A stretch of 63,922 nt of DNA, counting the filler, from Nemertoderma westbladi (Eukaryota; Animalia; Xenacoelomorpha): NCBI GenBank assembly GCA_032718475.1. It is 3 parts of 3 records of this genome, joined end to end, with 100 filler letters (N's around TTAATTAATTAA, not from the genome) between each part and the next. Parts side by side here need not be neighbours in the genome. Positions count along the whole stretch, not along the records: positions 24,097 to 54,074 come from JAUCBJ010004768.1; positions 54,175 to 63,922 come from JAUCBJ010002005.1; 1 more part is not named here. One strand, given 5' to 3'. The position numbers were made by a program, and so were the translations under genes. Positions 48,555 to 60,329 of the stretch are shown here, piece after piece. The first letter of the stretch is position 1; each line of letters opens with the position of its first letter. The notes beneath the pieces were generated by a model. That model did no database searches and was not told the origin of the DNA. It was given only the letters and a program-made list of their open reading frames with translations.

Positions 48555-50719
48555 AATTGAATTATATTTTATTGATATTATACATTACTGCATTATATGG
48601 GCGTGTAAAACTCCAACTGAAATAGTTTTTATCATTAAGTTACAACAATAATATGAACGCCCTGAAGACGGCATGTCGTTATTTAAGCAATGTCTATCTG
48701 TCTGTCTGACTCAGCGACATACATAGACATAGACTCAAAGACATACATAGAAACAGACAATCAATATGCTGTCAAAAGTAAAAACTGACATCGGAAATAA
48801 GTTCGCCCCCAATAGACATACTTTGGTGAGGATATATGATTTTGTTTATTGTTTGACCGACATACATACAGACAAACAAACAGACTGACTGACAGATATA
48901 CAAAGAAACAGGCAGTCAAGATGCTGTCAAAAGTAAAAACTGACATCGGAAATGAGTTCGCCGACCTGGAAAACCCACATAGGCATATTTTGGTGAGGTT
49001 AAATAATTTTGTTTATTTTTTGACAGACAGACAAAAAGACAGACAGACATTTAGACAGTTTCTGTAAGAGAAGCAACCTTAGAAGTTCGATTTTGTGTTC
49101 ACCAGTGTGTGTACACGTATATTCTTGTACACTATACAGTATACACTAACACTCAACGGGAACAATATAAAAAATGTTTGTTGTTATTGTTTTGTTATAT
49201 TATGTCCCATTCTGTTCTATAACCTTAGACTCTTGTTAGTTTATTAATATAAGATTAGAATATAATATTAAAATGCTGGTTTAACCTTGATGTAAAAGGG
49301 AGGCCAGGCAAAAATATATATGTTTTAATAGACATCCGCATCCGTGCGGATGTTAAAAATATGACATTCGCAACATCCCTAATATACACGTGACAAATGT
49401 ATCAAACGACCCCTGGAGGCAATCTTATTATTTTATAAAACGATAGATATGGATGACAGAAAACCGCTGCTAAATTTTTTCAAATCTGTCGCCGTTTTTT
49501 GAGATATAGCATTTTATATAACGCTCCCATGGCCTACTATATATACACGGCCTAATAAGCTGCATTTTGAGGCCATTCAAAAACCAGTTTTTCTTACAAC
49601 AATTTGATATTTTGATATAATTCTTTAATTTGACTGAATTGAAGTCTCCTCGTTAAGCAAATTACTAAATTTTATGGTAGCTAGTGTTTTAGGTAGGTTT
49701 AGCTAGTAATTTTGACACTGGTTCCGACATCCTACTTCCCTCTATAAATATTTTGTAGTAGCTAGTTATTATTACTATTCGTATAGAAAATGTTCCAGAA
49801 CATGTTAGCTATTCATTTTTAAAAAAAGAGCTAGAACTCTAGAAAGAGCTCTAGAACAGATATTTTTTGTTCTAGAACATTTTTTTGAAAAAAATCTGGA
49901 TTCTATTTAAAACGCTTGGAATCGTTCTAAAACGTGTTTAAAATCAATAAAAAAAAATTCAAATTTTTTTTTTCTAAAACTTTTTTTTGACAATATTTTT
50001 TTCAAAATTTTTTTTATTGATTTTAAACACGTTTTAGAACGATGCCATGCGTTTTAAATATTAAAGATATCGAAAGTAAAAATATCGAGAGTAAAAATAT
50101 TGAGAATAAAAAGATCGAGAGTAAAAATATCTATAATTTTTGGAATGAAACACTAGCTACCAAAGAAAACAGTAGCTACTGTAGCACCATTGAAACTAAA
50201 ATAAAAATTGTTTTTTGAAAAACACTAGCTGCCGTAGAAATGTATTTTACTTGCGATATTTTTACTCGCGATATTTTTACCCCCGATATTTTTGAAGTCT
50301 CGATATTTTTCACAATACCCTTATATTAAATAAGGTGTGTAGTAGGATCTACTAATGCACTCATCCTCCTTGATGCTTTGTTTGACAGTCTCAAGAATAG
50401 GCCTACACACACTCAGTCACAATTTACTTTATCACTTTACCAAATGCGCTAACATCTTCACGGGCCTAATTCAATGCAGTGCGTATTACATACTGTAGTT
50501 GGTTGCTGCTCGCAACTTAGTCGCATATAATGGACTTTGTTTCTGGTAATGTTCAAGAATTCCCATTCGCTAATTAAATTTTTGTCCTTTAAAGTTTCCC
50601 ATTATCTCGCAGAAAGAAATCATGCATCACTCAAATTTCGATACGTATGGCATACTTTTGGTATTTTAATTCGATATAATTTTATGACGGTCGATAAAGC
50701 TACCAACATCGACCATCAC

Positions 50720-51083
50720 TAATTAAATACTGTAAATTATCGACCGTCGTAATTAAATACTGTAAATTATCGACCGTCGTAATTAAATGCTGATAATTAT
50801 CGTGCGTCGTAATTAAATACTGGAACCAGATCGACCGTCGTTATTAATGTTGACATTATCGACCGTCGTAATTAAATACTGGAACCAGATCGACCGTCGT
50901 TATTAATGTTGACATTATCGACCGTCGTAATTAAATACTGGAACCAGATCGACCGTCGTTATTAATGTTGACATTATCGACCGTCGTAATTAAATACTGG
51001 AACCAGATCGACCGTCGTTATTAATGTTGACATTATCGACCGTCGTAATTAAATACTGGAACCAGATCGACCGTCGTAATTAA
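50720..51083. repeat. Subterminal ~30/59-bp tandem repeats
   Basis: Recurrent ATCGACCGTCGTAATTAAATACTG units, with an inverted copy of the core at ~50686. Confidence 0.85.
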
Positions 51084-51335
51084 TAGCTGTTGTTGTTGCT
51101 ATGATACCATGAATAGGCGGGATATTTGAATTATGTCCTGCAATAGGCCTAGATTTGGGTACTGCAGCTGTCAGGCTGTACTTTACTGCAGCTGTTATTT
51201 ATAGTATTTATGCATTATTTGAAGTTTATTCAGTAATACAGTTTGTTTGCTATAGAGGCTAGTGCACTTTATGTACTGTACTACTGCCCTGCCCTGAATA
51301 TAGGCATATAGCTGTATAGGGGTAGACCTAGTATT

Positions 51336-52215
51336 ATGAGTGAACCTCCTCCATGCCCGAATTGTCACCACCATCAGAGTGCTTCCGGTAATGATACCGC
51401 ATCAACTAGTTCAGCTACGACTACCAGTGGCGGGAACTCTGTTAGCTTGTTCAATCCAGGCCGATTACATTATGAAATTGCAAACGTTGTCGCACCGTAT
51501 AACATACCGACTAGAGAGCGTACTGGTAGGAGAGTTCCAGCAGCCAGACGACTTACTTCAACAACTGCAAGACGTGCAGCGACTCCACCTGGCCGACCAT
51601 CGGCTACCGAGTTCTCTAAACCCGTTATAGTGTTAGCTGTTGGCGTTAAGAAAATTGGAATTCGGTCGATTATCAAACATTGTTTAATAACATTTAGCCG
51701 TCTAGATGACGACGATGTCATAGCAGAAAAACTCCGCTCAGTACTACTAATGCCCCCAATTTGTAACACAGATTTTAGGTTTGTGAAAGATATCGATAAG
51801 AGGGTCGAAAGTTTGTGTGTTGCTGATGATTTTAAGTTTAATGGTAGTGCTTTAATCTCTCTACCCAGGTAAAGTTAACATATACATCCAGGTTCAGGCC
51901 AATCAAGATACCGGTATCAGTCAATGTAGTGATGATGACAATAACATCCAGGTTCGGACGAATCAAGGAACCAGTACCGATCAGCGTAGTGATAATGGCG
52001 CAATACATGAAACACCGGTAAATGTACCAGATGTTATTTGGGTTGATAGCAGCGACGATGATGGTCATTCCGATTCCGACATTCCGATTCCTACAGCTCC
52101 TAACATTCCAAGTTATACAAAAATAGCACCTGGTGATTTAACTGAACTTAAAAAAGTACAGAAGCTGGAATTATTATTCCACATGGATGCAACGAAGCAC
52201 AACGACGTAACATAG
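51336..52215 (+). pseudogene. Probable transposon accessory ORF with one frameshift near 51865
   Basis: 178-aa ORF; a shifted frame (PGKVNIYIQ...) stays open to TAG at 52213-52215. Confidence 0.5.
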
Positions 52216-52821
52216 CAGAGTTATATTTACAATCATTACTATTAATTAATTGGAAATTAAATAATTGTGTTATTTGGAGTTTTTTTCGTGATTACTTTTT
52301 TTCTTCAGTTTTTTAATAATTATCACTATGCGATGATCAATTTCGATTTTGCGCGGGGGGGGGGGGGGGGGGGGGTAGGGTATTGAAATGTTACTTTTTC
52401 TCATGTAATATATGGTGGACCTGGATGGATCCGCACTGATGCACAGGCGAACAATGTCAACCACACTGAACGGCAGGATACGGGGGGATAAACGCAAATT
52501 GGCAGTGAAAACAGGAGTGAAAAATAAAAAAAAACGAAAAATATAAGTGGTCTTTTTGATAATTAAGTTGATAATTAAAATAGTCATAATTTTTGACTGA
52601 CAGACAAACAGACCAAAAGACAGACCGAGAGACATGCATGCAGACTCTGTCTATGTCTGCCTGTTTGCCTGTTATATTTTGACAGACATACTAACATGTT
52701 AATAGTTAATACCATGTTTAAGCAAAAACACTGGCTAATATTTATTGCATTGCCAAGATATAGTATGCAATGCATCCTTAGTAATCAGAGATAAAATTGA
52801 CTTGTCATTTACAATATGAAA

Positions 52822-54074
52822 TTAGTTTAGGTTTACTCTCCTATATACGTAGTCCCGACAGTGCATATACAATTCTACATTGAAGTTATTATTAGTCAGT
52901 ACAACAGTTTGTAATAACTGTTGGAGTACAGTCCAGTCATCTTCGTTGAGTGGACATAGAACATCAGGGACATCAACAACAGTTTCATTGTCTTCAACGA
53001 CTGGTCCCTCCCAATCAATACCGTATGATTCAAGTTCAGGCGATTCCTCGAGGGAAGTGGACAATCGGCTATTAATAAATATCTTAGTTGGAGACCAGTA
53101 GCTTTCTGTACGTAAACCATGGCGATTCCATGCGTTACGGAAAGTTTCAAGATAATTGTTTATCCTATCCTTATAGCAAGTATGGAGTACGAATAAGTCC
53201 ACTGTGTTCGTTGGATCCAACAAACAGTTATCTTCCATCCAGTAAAACAACTCGTAGTACAAACTTCGGACAGACCTAAAGACATCTCGCCATAATCTCT
53301 CAATTCTCTGATTGTGGGTACTTTTACCCGCTATAAAGCTACCCCTGTTATATCCTCTATTAGCTATCATTAACGAAGCGACGTCACGGCTCTCCCCACC
53401 CTTATCCCCCCTGACACGAGATGGTAATCCATAATACTGCATAAGGCACTTTCGCGCTTCAGCATCAGTGGTTTCACACATACATAGTATATATATATAT
53501 ATATATCGGTACAATGAACCATGCTGTTAACACCCCCCCCCCCCCCCCCCCCCCCATTATTTTTAACCCCCACCGCACCCCGTCGCTATTCCTGTTAGAC
53601 CCCCATACACATCCAATATATTGTAGTATTACTATTCTCTTTATTGATCTGTAGACTTTATTAAAACCGTCTCTTTTATTAAAACAAAATTATCTTTATT
53701 AACAATAACAATAATTTATTTATTTATTAATTTTATTTTATTAATTTAAAAAACACTGATGATGAAACCCGATACTCTCCTGTACTGCTTCCTGAAACAA
53801 CTTCAATACAGTTTCAGCACAATTATTCGTTGATAGCCAAAGATATGTTATTAACCGTGAATAACCGTCAATGGCACCATGTACAACAAAACACCACCTC
53901 ACTAGGCTGTGGTGGCCGTCTATATGCCACAGCGAATTTGCACCCCTAACATTATACTTACGGCGACTAACAAGGGCCCCCCAGCGGTAGGATGAAGAAA
54001 CGGGATCGATTTCTCGTAGAATTGAGGAAACACGATTTAACCCTACATATATATTCTTCATCCGTAGTAAAGAA
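52822..54074 (-). pseudogene. Integrase-core (DDE) transposase, split by ~330 bp of non-coding DNA
   Basis: SLWHIDGHHSLVRW..VHGAIDGYSR (53775-54061); [31 protein letters not shown] (52822-53440). Confidence 0.85.
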
Positions 54075-54174
54075 NNNNNNNNNNNNNNNNNNNNNNNNNN
54101 NNNNNNNNNNNNNNNNNNTTAATTAATTAANNNNNNNNNNNNNNNNNNNNNNNNNNNNNNNNNNNNNNNNNNNN
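54075..54174. other. Artificial contig linker (N44-TTAATTAATTAA-N44)
   Basis: Same 100-nt design as 23997-24096. Confidence 0.95.
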
Positions 54175-54379
54175 TACTTTTAATGTTAGTGTGAAGTATT
54201 CTAGCCAATATTTTCAAAAATACTAGCTAGTAAAAAAAATTTAGCTACCATTAAAAATTATCTTCTAAGGTTCTAGAACATTATCCAATAAAAAATCAAT
54301 AAAAATAAAAAAATGGTTACACAAACTATACCAGTGCTATTCCGCCCATCCCCCCCATATTCAGACACTTTGTAAAACG

Positions 54380-54690
54380 TTTGTGAAATTCACGAATTTC
54401 GCGACGTTTGTGACATTTGCAAAGCCAATATTTTATCTAACAAAAAATTCCCGACGTTTGCAAAATTCGCGAATTTCACGACGTTTGCGAAGTTTTGTGA
54501 AATTCGCAAGTTTCGCGACGTTTGTGACGTTTGCGTAGCCAATATTTTACCTAACAAAAGATTCCCGACATTTGCGAAATTTACGACATTTGCAAAATTC
54601 GCGAATTTCTCATTTGCGACGTTTGCGTAGCCAATATTTTAACTAACAAAATATTCCCAACATTTGCGACGTTCCCGAAATTTGCGACGA
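54380..54690. repeat. Degenerate TTTGCGACG / GCCAATATTTTA repeats, probably transposon subterminal sequence
   Basis: Three ~110-bp imperfect units containing AGCCAATATTTTA-CTAACAAAA-ATTCCC. Confidence 0.6.
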
Positions 54691-54800
54691 ATCCGTCAGT
54701 TTCTGTGCCCTACTCTACATTTGTTATTTAAACATTATAAGTTCAGTTTAATATTTTGTAGTTTATTTTGGATTAGATGATTAGTACTTTATTAATTCAC

Positions 54801-55736
54801 CTGTTCAATTGTAAACGCAACAACCCAGGGTGTGCTTGATATAATAAATGAAGATGCAGCTCCAACTAATTGTAATATCATCTTTCTGTTCCGCGCTAGC
54901 ACTCTATCACGTGATGCAGATTTAGCAACTGGTACAGTTACTTGTACATCAACTGAATCAGTGGTGATTGGATTATCTTGGGTAGTTTCATTGAATGTAG
55001 CCTGAGCACTGATTGGTCCATCCTTTAAAGGAGCAGAATACCTCATAATATCCCAGAAGGATATTCCTTTGTTTTTTGCTTGCCCTTTAAGCCATAATAG
55101 GAGATTGGCGGTTACCACCCCAACAAATATTATTGGGATGTGATAATTAGCAAATGATACAGCCAATTGAAAGTGCTTGTTTATACCAGATCCTACCATG
55201 CACATATTGTATTCAATGGATGCATAATAATCCTCTGCAGCACTTGATATATAATTGTAAAGTATGGGAATTGCTTGCAGGGATATACTGATTAACCATG
55301 GAAATGATATGAGGATTTTAATAATTAACTGTTGGTGGTTCATGTAAATTATTGGGATATGAACTGCAGCATATCTATCGAGAGCTATTGCTAATACAGT
55401 TAGACTGGAGCAACTGGATGCAGTCCAGTCAATTACGCTGTGTACAAAGCAGAATGGATATCCAAGGGGTAGGCCCCCCAACAATACGGTATGTAGGAAT
55501 GATGGCCACATACCAAATATAGCGGTAAACATATCGGTAATAATAAGAGATATTATTAAGTAGTTATTCATTGTCTGGAGAGATTTATCTGAGATATAAG
55601 TGATTATAGCGGTGAGGTTTATCAATATGGTTACTAATGTGATAATCCCATATATCGTTCCTATACTTATAACAATTTCTTCATTTAATTTAAATGGCCC
55701 ATATAATGTGATGTTTTTAAGTACAATATCATCCAT
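54801..55736 (-). CDS. Class A (rhodopsin-like, aminergic-like) GPCR, TM1-TM6 exon
   Basis: TM1 N, NYLIISLIITD, IALDRY, TM4 W, TM5 P, TM6 TPW; ends at a CAG|GTGAAT candidate donor; TM7 not seen. Confidence 0.85.
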
Positions 55737-56379
55737 ATTGTTAAATACAACTCAGATCAGATATACTGAGAAGATCACTAGCAGATGGTTTGATAGATAC
55801 AAGTATTGTTCACTTGTACTGTACGTACAGTAGAGCGCATTAACTACATTATACAAATAAATTATAGATCAGTTGAGGTATAGCTGGGCCTGATTTAGGT
55901 TGTGTCCCCTAAGTTTGGGACATATGTTTTTGGGGAACCCCCTATTAAAATTTGTTTTATATTATTTTATAGTGTTTATTAGTGCGTTATAGTATCAATA
56001 CAAATTTTTAGCGTAAATTTCGTAGTGTTTCAATTATTTGTGTTTTTGTGGTTCGCTATATCAATCCGATCCTATTGGATATGGCATAGGCCTACATTTA
56101 GTATCAATATTATGGCATACATTTAGTATCAATATTATGGCATACATTTAGTATCAATATTATGGCATACATTTAGTATCATTATTCAATAATTTTTAGC
56201 TATTTTATTGGAACTTTGGTAAATAGTTACTAATTAATTTCAGACAGATGTAAGATGCACAACAGTTCAGTATATACCACACAATAATTAATCACATTCT
56301 GCTAACAGGTGTTTAGTGGAGTGGGTTTGAAAACTTAACTTGTATTAATTTAATACGTTACGGGGAAGGAGCAGGTTAC

Positions 56380-57760
56380 AGTATTGGCATTTTCTAACTA
56401 ATTCAATTTGCACTGGAGATCAATTTCTTCAAATGTGCTCAATACGTGGGTAGATCACGAGGTCATCCGCATAGAATATGAATTGCAGGAAGGCCGATGC
56501 TGCTTCTCGAAGTGTTGAAGCGAGATCGCAATAAAAATGATAAAGCAGTAGGTGAAAAACAGTCTCCTTGAAGCACACCGCAGAGTTGGGTTATTATATT
56601 TGAGAGTGAGATGCCATCGAATATCCGGATAGAGTTTTCCAACAAGGCCTTGACAAGGTGGTATATCTTCCCACGAATTCCAACGTTATAAAGCTTATAA
56701 AGCAGAGCCGCATGGCTGACTGTGTCGAATGCTTTCAGGAAGTCTATAAAGACTACATACATAACATTCCCTCCAGACCATGAGCCATGAAGAGCAGTTG
56801 ATATGTCGCACAGAAGTTTAGAAATCGCCTCACCAGTGTTCTTCCCAGACATGAAACCGTATTGCTCCCTCGGAATTTGCGACTTTGTGTGATAGCTAAT
56901 CCGCTTATTTATAATTGCAGTGAGAGTTTTTAGGAAAATACACAGTAAGGCTATTCCTCTATATTTGTTTGGCTTTGTATAGGATTTTTATAAAGCTCTG
57001 TTTCCAAATGGCAGGAACTCTACATGCATGGAGACAAAGGTTAAATAGTGCAGTTTAAATGATGATAATTATAGGCAGTGCCTGTTTGGCATGTTCTGTT
57101 CATAATATAAACGATCTGTGCCACATGCTTTCTTATTGGCTGTAGAGTTTACGGATTCCAAGACCTCTTCCTTTGTGATTGGTGCGTTGTACCAAGTGTC
57201 CCTGGCAGTCTCATCTGTAGGTTGTTCTATAACCAGTGTATTGCAAGGGTCGTTTCTATGGCCTACGAGTTTGCTGAAATGAGACTCGAGTTGTTTTAGT
57301 TCAATCGGAGTGGCAGTAGGTTTGCAGTCTTTAAGGACAGAAGCCATGGGTTGCTCTCAGCTGAGTTAACCTGCTTATTTAATTACACTTCTTCGTACGC
57401 CTCATGTTAGGTCTTTATTAGTTGTTTATACTCTTTCTGCAGATTCCACTAATTTGAATTTTCCAAGTTACGGCTTGGCATTTCCTCTAGGACGCGGTGT
57501 TTCAGGTTTGTACAGTCCTTGTCAAACCATTTCTTCGATGGTGCGTCTTGAGTATTGAACCTAGGGAGAGTAGAGTCGGTGAGACATCGGATAAGTTTAT
57601 CCGCAGCGAGTTCAATGATTTCTTCAGAGATTCTGATTGGATTGGATATGAGAACAGCGGCAGTGTTTACGGCTGGATGAAAAGCCAGTTTGTACAACTC
57701 GACCGACTCGAACAACCCTGTTCAGGGCAGGAGGCCGAGGGTTAATTGTGGTTTGTATGT
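56380..57760 (-). mobile_element. Degraded non-LTR retrotransposon RT region
   Basis: KACGTD, QYGF, FIDFLKAFDTV, GVLQGDCFSP and YADD motifs across frameshifts. Confidence 0.85.
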
Positions 57761-57939
57761 GCAATGACAATGTTGGGATTTCAATGAGAGCTGTAACACG
57801 TTGATGTTTGTGTGTTGGTGAGTTTACCACAGTTGCTGAATTAAGTGGGTTAGGGATGATGTCAGTATATGTAATGAACAGCAAATCGATATCGTTTTCC
57901 CCCTGGGCGAAATATATGTCTGTTTCCTCGACATTTTCA

Positions 57940-60256
57940 CAGGTCAGGTCAGGTATTCTAGGTCATTGATCAGGAAAACTTGCCACCTCCATGCAGCATA
58001 AAGGAGATGCCACCTGTAGCTGCATAAACCTTCTTACTAGGGCAAATCTGGTCCTGTAACTAGGACCGCCTTCGTTCTGGGATAAGGACGCCCTTGGTCC
58101 TGGATTAAGGACCCATATACTTGGCTGCAGGGGTATATGGCCTGACCAGGCAGATGGTGATCTGCCAATGGCTGGTCAGGAGTAGAGTGTTCTCATGTCC
58201 ACTCTGAGAGCACTTCATTGCAACCTGCACCTGGCAGCAAGGGTACAGGGCATGACCCAGCAGATGAGCTGCAACAGCCAATGGTGGGTCATGTGCGCCA
58301 GAGTAGATATGGGTGATGGGCCTTATATCTGACTCCATTGCGACACCCACCCTGTGGAATGGCAAACCAGGGTGTGGTATTTGCCCCGAGAGCTGACTCG
58401 GCAAAAAATCACCCCCAACCCCCACTATGGATTACATTAGCAATGCAGAGGTCCGACCACTAGAGGCCAGTGGAATTACCGGACACAATCGGCCTCACAG
58501 GCGTCAGTTAACTCCTGACCAGCTGCCTGTCTCACCCCCCACTGGAGAGAGAGCGGCAAACAATTTCATTGAGTTCCTTTCCTGATGACCTTTCTGGCCC
58601 AAACCCTGGGTCACCAGGGAGGCCAGATTGTGAGGGGGATAGGGATTCTGGAGTTGGGGGCTACTCTCATGTTCCACCCCGACCAACAAAGCCATTGGTG
58701 AATCTGAGGCAAGTCACTAGACTAGCCTCAGTAAACACCCTAACACTCGGGTACCCAATGCGACAAGGTGAGCTGACTGCCTTGGCAGATAAGCTTCCTC
58801 TTAGTGCAGTGGGTGTTCAAAACCCCCCAATGCAGACTGGTCAGACTGATGAGGTTCTGATTAAGGACATGGGGGGCGGTTGGCGACTCGCCCTTGCTTC
58901 AGCAGATGATAGTAGCAATGGTGGAATTGGTCTATTGATGAATCCAACTGCACATGCAGCATTGGACAAAATAGACCAAATCTCTAACCGCATCATCCGT
59001 TGCCACTCATGTTCTGGAAGACTGGCTAAGAAGTTTCCTAAGGTGGTTCTGATTGTGTGCTACTCTCCAACTAGTGTTGCCCCTGTAGAGGAGATGGACA
59101 ATTTCTACCAGAATCTACAAGCAGCTACTGATGGAGTGGATCAGCATGCATTCTTAACATTCGTGGGAGACTTTAATGCAAGTCTGCATCAATCACCTAC
59201 ATCACCCTGGGTCTATAGCAATAGTGTTAACCGAAATTCCGTCCATCTTCAGGATTTTATCTCTGGAAATGGATTGTTTTCGGCTGGAACCCAGTTCAAG
59301 AAGCAAACTGGAAAGCTATGGAATCATAGTGGACCCAGTGGTCACAAGTCCCAGATAGACCATATCCTGTTTCGTAGGAAATACAGGAGCTCTATACAAG
59401 ACTGTAATGCATTTACACTACCACCCTTCTCCAGTGATCACCGCCTTATTGTGGCCAAGGTAAGACTTAGTCTGCGTGCTAGCAGAACAACGAAATCTGC
59501 CTTGCCACGGCATGACTGGTCCTCTCTGTTGCAACAGCCAAGTGTGAGATCCAGCTTCACACTACAGCTGAGCAACAGGTATGAGGTTCTTGCCTCTGAG
59601 GCGGCAGATCACTGTGAGGGCTATACTGCCTTCACAGAGGCAGTTAAGTTAGCAGCTGCAGAAATAATTGCTGTATACCCTCGAAACAGGAAATGGGCCT
59701 CCTGGACTGACAACAAAATTCAGAAGTGCCGAAATGACCTCTACAAGGCACAGAAAGAGTCCCGACTCAAACAGACTACAGCGGCCAAGAATACAGTTAA
59801 GGCTGCATCTAGGTCCCTGAACAGGCAGTACTCTGTTAATTTACAGGAGCTAATAAACCAACAGGTTGATGCCATCAATGATGCTGACGACAGCAGGCAA
59901 TCATCCCAGGCATGGAGATCTATCAACTTGCTTGCTGGTCGAAAAAGCCAACCAACCACCAAGGTTTAGGCTGAATCAACAGCCGATCGCCTCAATGGTT
60001 GGAAGGCCCACTTTGAAAAGCTCCTCAATAATGACAGGGTATTGCCTGATAACTTTATAGAAGTAAAAGTGTCTGAGTCTATACTCCCAGATATTCCCAT
60101 TGGTGATATCTCCTTTGCAGAAGTGAAGGTTGCTTCAAAGAGCATTAAGACCAATCGTGCCAGTGGAGTAGATGATGTTCCCCCTGAGGTCTTTAAAATA
60201 CCTGAGTGTTTAAAGCTCATCTATCCCATCATAGTAGACATGTACCGAACAACAAG
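57940..60256 (+). mobile_element. RTE-like LINE, 5' part (UTR, APE endonuclease, start of RT)
   Basis: SVN, GIG, CYSPT, VGDFNA, QIDHIL, SDH endonuclease motifs; premature TAG at 59967; RASGVDDVPPEV; starts with (CAGGT)n. Confidence 0.85.
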
Positions 60257-60329
60257 TTTGTTGTTCGGTACATGTAGTAGATGGTATAGATGAGCTTTAA
60301 ACACTCAGGTATTTTAAAGACCTCAGGGG
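60181..60329. repeat. ~150-bp imperfect foldback hairpin ending the LINE
   Basis: CCCCTGAGGTCTTTAAAATACC...GAACAACAA is mirrored immediately by TTGTTGTTC...AGACCTCAGGGG. Confidence 0.9.

Larger units (their letters stand above)
46298..48690 (+). mobile_element. Penelope-like retroelement (Neptune-type linker), 5'-truncated
   Basis: RT plus GIY-YIG ORF; 24-bp inverted copy of its own 3' region at the 5' end; candidate 13-bp TSD TGTCTATCTGTCT (46285-46297, 48691-48703). Confidence 0.9.
45942..49381. mobile_element. Non-autonomous hAT-like element carrying nested insertions
   Basis: TIRs TAGGGATGT(G/T)GCGAATGTC; 8-bp TSD ATATACAC (45934-45941, 49382-49389); subterminal CATCCG repeats. Confidence 0.85.
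50646..54074. mobile_element. IS3EU-like DDE transposon (right end lost in the gap)
   Basis: Candidate TATGG terminus, subterminal ATCGACCGTCG repeats, convergent accessory ORF and integrase-like transposase. Confidence 0.6.
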
